DNA of 63,883 nt, counting the filler, from Choristocarpus tenellus KU-1152 (Eukaryota > Protista > Phaeophyceae), in the NCBI GenBank assembly GCA_964200185.2. It is 10 parts of 10 records of this genome, joined end to end, with 100 filler letters (N's around TTAATTAATTAA, not from the genome) between each part and the next. Parts side by side here need not be neighbours in the genome. Positions count along the whole stretch, not along the records: positions 60,644 to 63,883 come from CAXNAD020021325.1; 9 more parts are not named here. One strand, written 5' to 3'. Both the position numbers and the translations under genes were made by a program. Each line of letters begins with the position of its first letter. Position 1 is the first letter of the stretch. Below the pieces are notes generated by a model that was given only the letters and a program-made list of their open reading frames with translations, did no database searches and was not told where the DNA came from. Of the stretch, positions 62,093 through 63,883 are shown in pieces.

Positions 62093-63403
62093 CTTCTGCT
62101 GGGGTTGACTGGGAGAGACAGAGGATTAAAGGATGCCAGGAATACCTTTGAGAATAGTACTGATCCCATCATGGACACCTACGCATACTTCAATAGCAGC
62201 TCCACCACCAGAGAAAAAGAGGCAGGAGCAGGAAGGGATGGGAAAATATTGGAGGCCAACTGGACCAGCACCATGGAGTGTCTCTGGCTCAGTGTATTCT
62301 CATTTCTAGAACGATATGTTCAACCCCAACGCGAGGAACCTCCCAATCAGGGCACAACAGCACCAGATCTAGTGCCAGTTCATGAGGCTATTCTCATACT
62401 CAAGAGAATTTTCGGTCAAGTCGAGGGGAAGGTGGGACAACTGAACTTGGGTAATCAGTGTAAAACGTTTGCATTCGGGAAGTGTGGGGAGGAGAGGAGA
62501 TGAGTGATGCGGTGGGTGCTTTGTTTAGCAATGCGAACAAGTCAGTTGACAGAGAAGATATAGCATGGAGTAGATCAGGCATGCATTTGAGCTCACATAT
62601 GCCTGCCAATATTCTGTTATGAAGGACTTCACCAAATCAGTCGATGACAAAGAGAAGGATCTTGAAGGTATTTAAGAATGCAGCAGCAGTCCACCCCCCA
62701 GCCAGGCTTGATGATCTCACCCCACCTCTCTCTTTGGTCCTAACTTCAAACTAACTTCATCCTCTTGAAATACAATCAATACCAATAATATGTTAACCCA
62801 TAGTCAGAATCGGGCATATGTACCTAGCCGTCTGCGCCATCTCATTTGTACCCGCCATGTGTGTGTACTTTGAGGTGATAGTGTGTGCCTTGAGAATTAC
62901 TCTAAGTTTATGTTTCCATTGAGGTTAATTTTTTACAATGCCATGAACATATTCCCTAGCAAGGAGATCACTCAATATGGATCATATCACTTAGGCTGTA
63001 ATTGAGTTGTCGCCGCAGACCAATCCGGCAGCGTACTGAGGTTGCATAGGATCAAATTGCTTTACAAAGGTAGCATCTCCCTTCCTTTGCCAGTTTGGAA
63101 CCCACTGAGCAAAGCTCTTCACAAATTAAATTTATGTCCTAAATCACAAGCATATGTATTGGAGCTTTGGAACTACCCAGAGCATCACAAGTATGAAGAG
63201 GCTGCAGGAGTCATTTGTCTAATGTTCAACTTTGTTTCAGGACAAGACCAATCTTTGTTTCTCAAAGTATATTTCCACTATGGTGCACTTGATGTTGCAA
63301 TGGCATAGACCCTGGGTGACTCTGGGCAAGGAAGTCCTGGAGATGGTCGAAGGGAAGGCAGCAATGAACCTGGACCTGGCAACAAAAGTGTTGGTGGTGA
63401 CAG
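62093..63403 (+). CDS. Hypothetical protein exons (partial)
   Basis: Exon 62093-62431 (ttccag acceptor, gtggga donor, 113 open codons) and a possible exon 63309-63403. Confidence 0.45.
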
Positions 63404-63883
63404 GTGAGACAGACCCAATCTGAAAATGTATGGTTTCGGTTTGTGAGCACAATCAACTACTTTTTGCTGTGATTATTGACTTGCTTGGGGCATTGTGTTA
63501 CATTATGGAGATATTGATACCTATTTTCAGGATACACATCCTGTAGAATAATTCCCAGATTAGCTGGGCTTTTGTGAGGTATAGTCATATGTCAAGTACT
63601 TTGTTATCTGAACTGCGATAATATCTTCATAGAAATGTATGCTTGGAGATGGCATGTGTGTGCAGAAGAAGATGAGATGGCAACTTTGCCCAGGTGAGCT
63701 GAATCTGTTGGCTTCTTACAACATAGTCTCAAGACTATCTTTAATGTGGTATAGGAGGAGCCAGCCCCCATCTGGACGCCGTGACTGAAAAAGAGGAGTG
63801 TAGGGGGTGGGGGTTGCAGTCCTCACTGACACCTGTTTGCTGCTCAGCTTTGCAAGAGACTGGCACAAAGTGTCTAGGGGGGG

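Overview
Eukaryotic, intron-rich, AT-leaning draft sequence made of about 10 contigs joined by artificial 100-nt N-TTAATTAATTAA-N linkers. An intron-containing EsV-1-7 repeat gene, TTAGGG repeats and the exon/intron style point to a brown alga or close ochrophyte (inference). The supplied ORF track is mostly spurious, so I rebuilt genes by hand from splice sites and intron phases. Recovered partial genes: glutamate-cysteine ligase catalytic subunit (8 exons), a KH-domain RNA-binding protein, an importin-9-like protein, an EsV-1-7 repeat protein, a long NPHP3/NACHT-associated-like protein with an inserted EF-hand pair, and several hypothetical proteins. Introns carry about 20 copies of related MITEs, two solo LTRs (one inside a three-level nest), a Copia gag relic and tandem repeats. 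The most interesting signals are: (1) apparent de novo insertion of telomeric TTAGGG units into transposon copies; (2) an EF-hand module on symmetric exons inserted into a STAND-associated helical domain; (3) a MITE system with mixed 3/4-bp target-site duplications and strong CpG decay. No database searches were possible. Family calls rest on recalled motifs.
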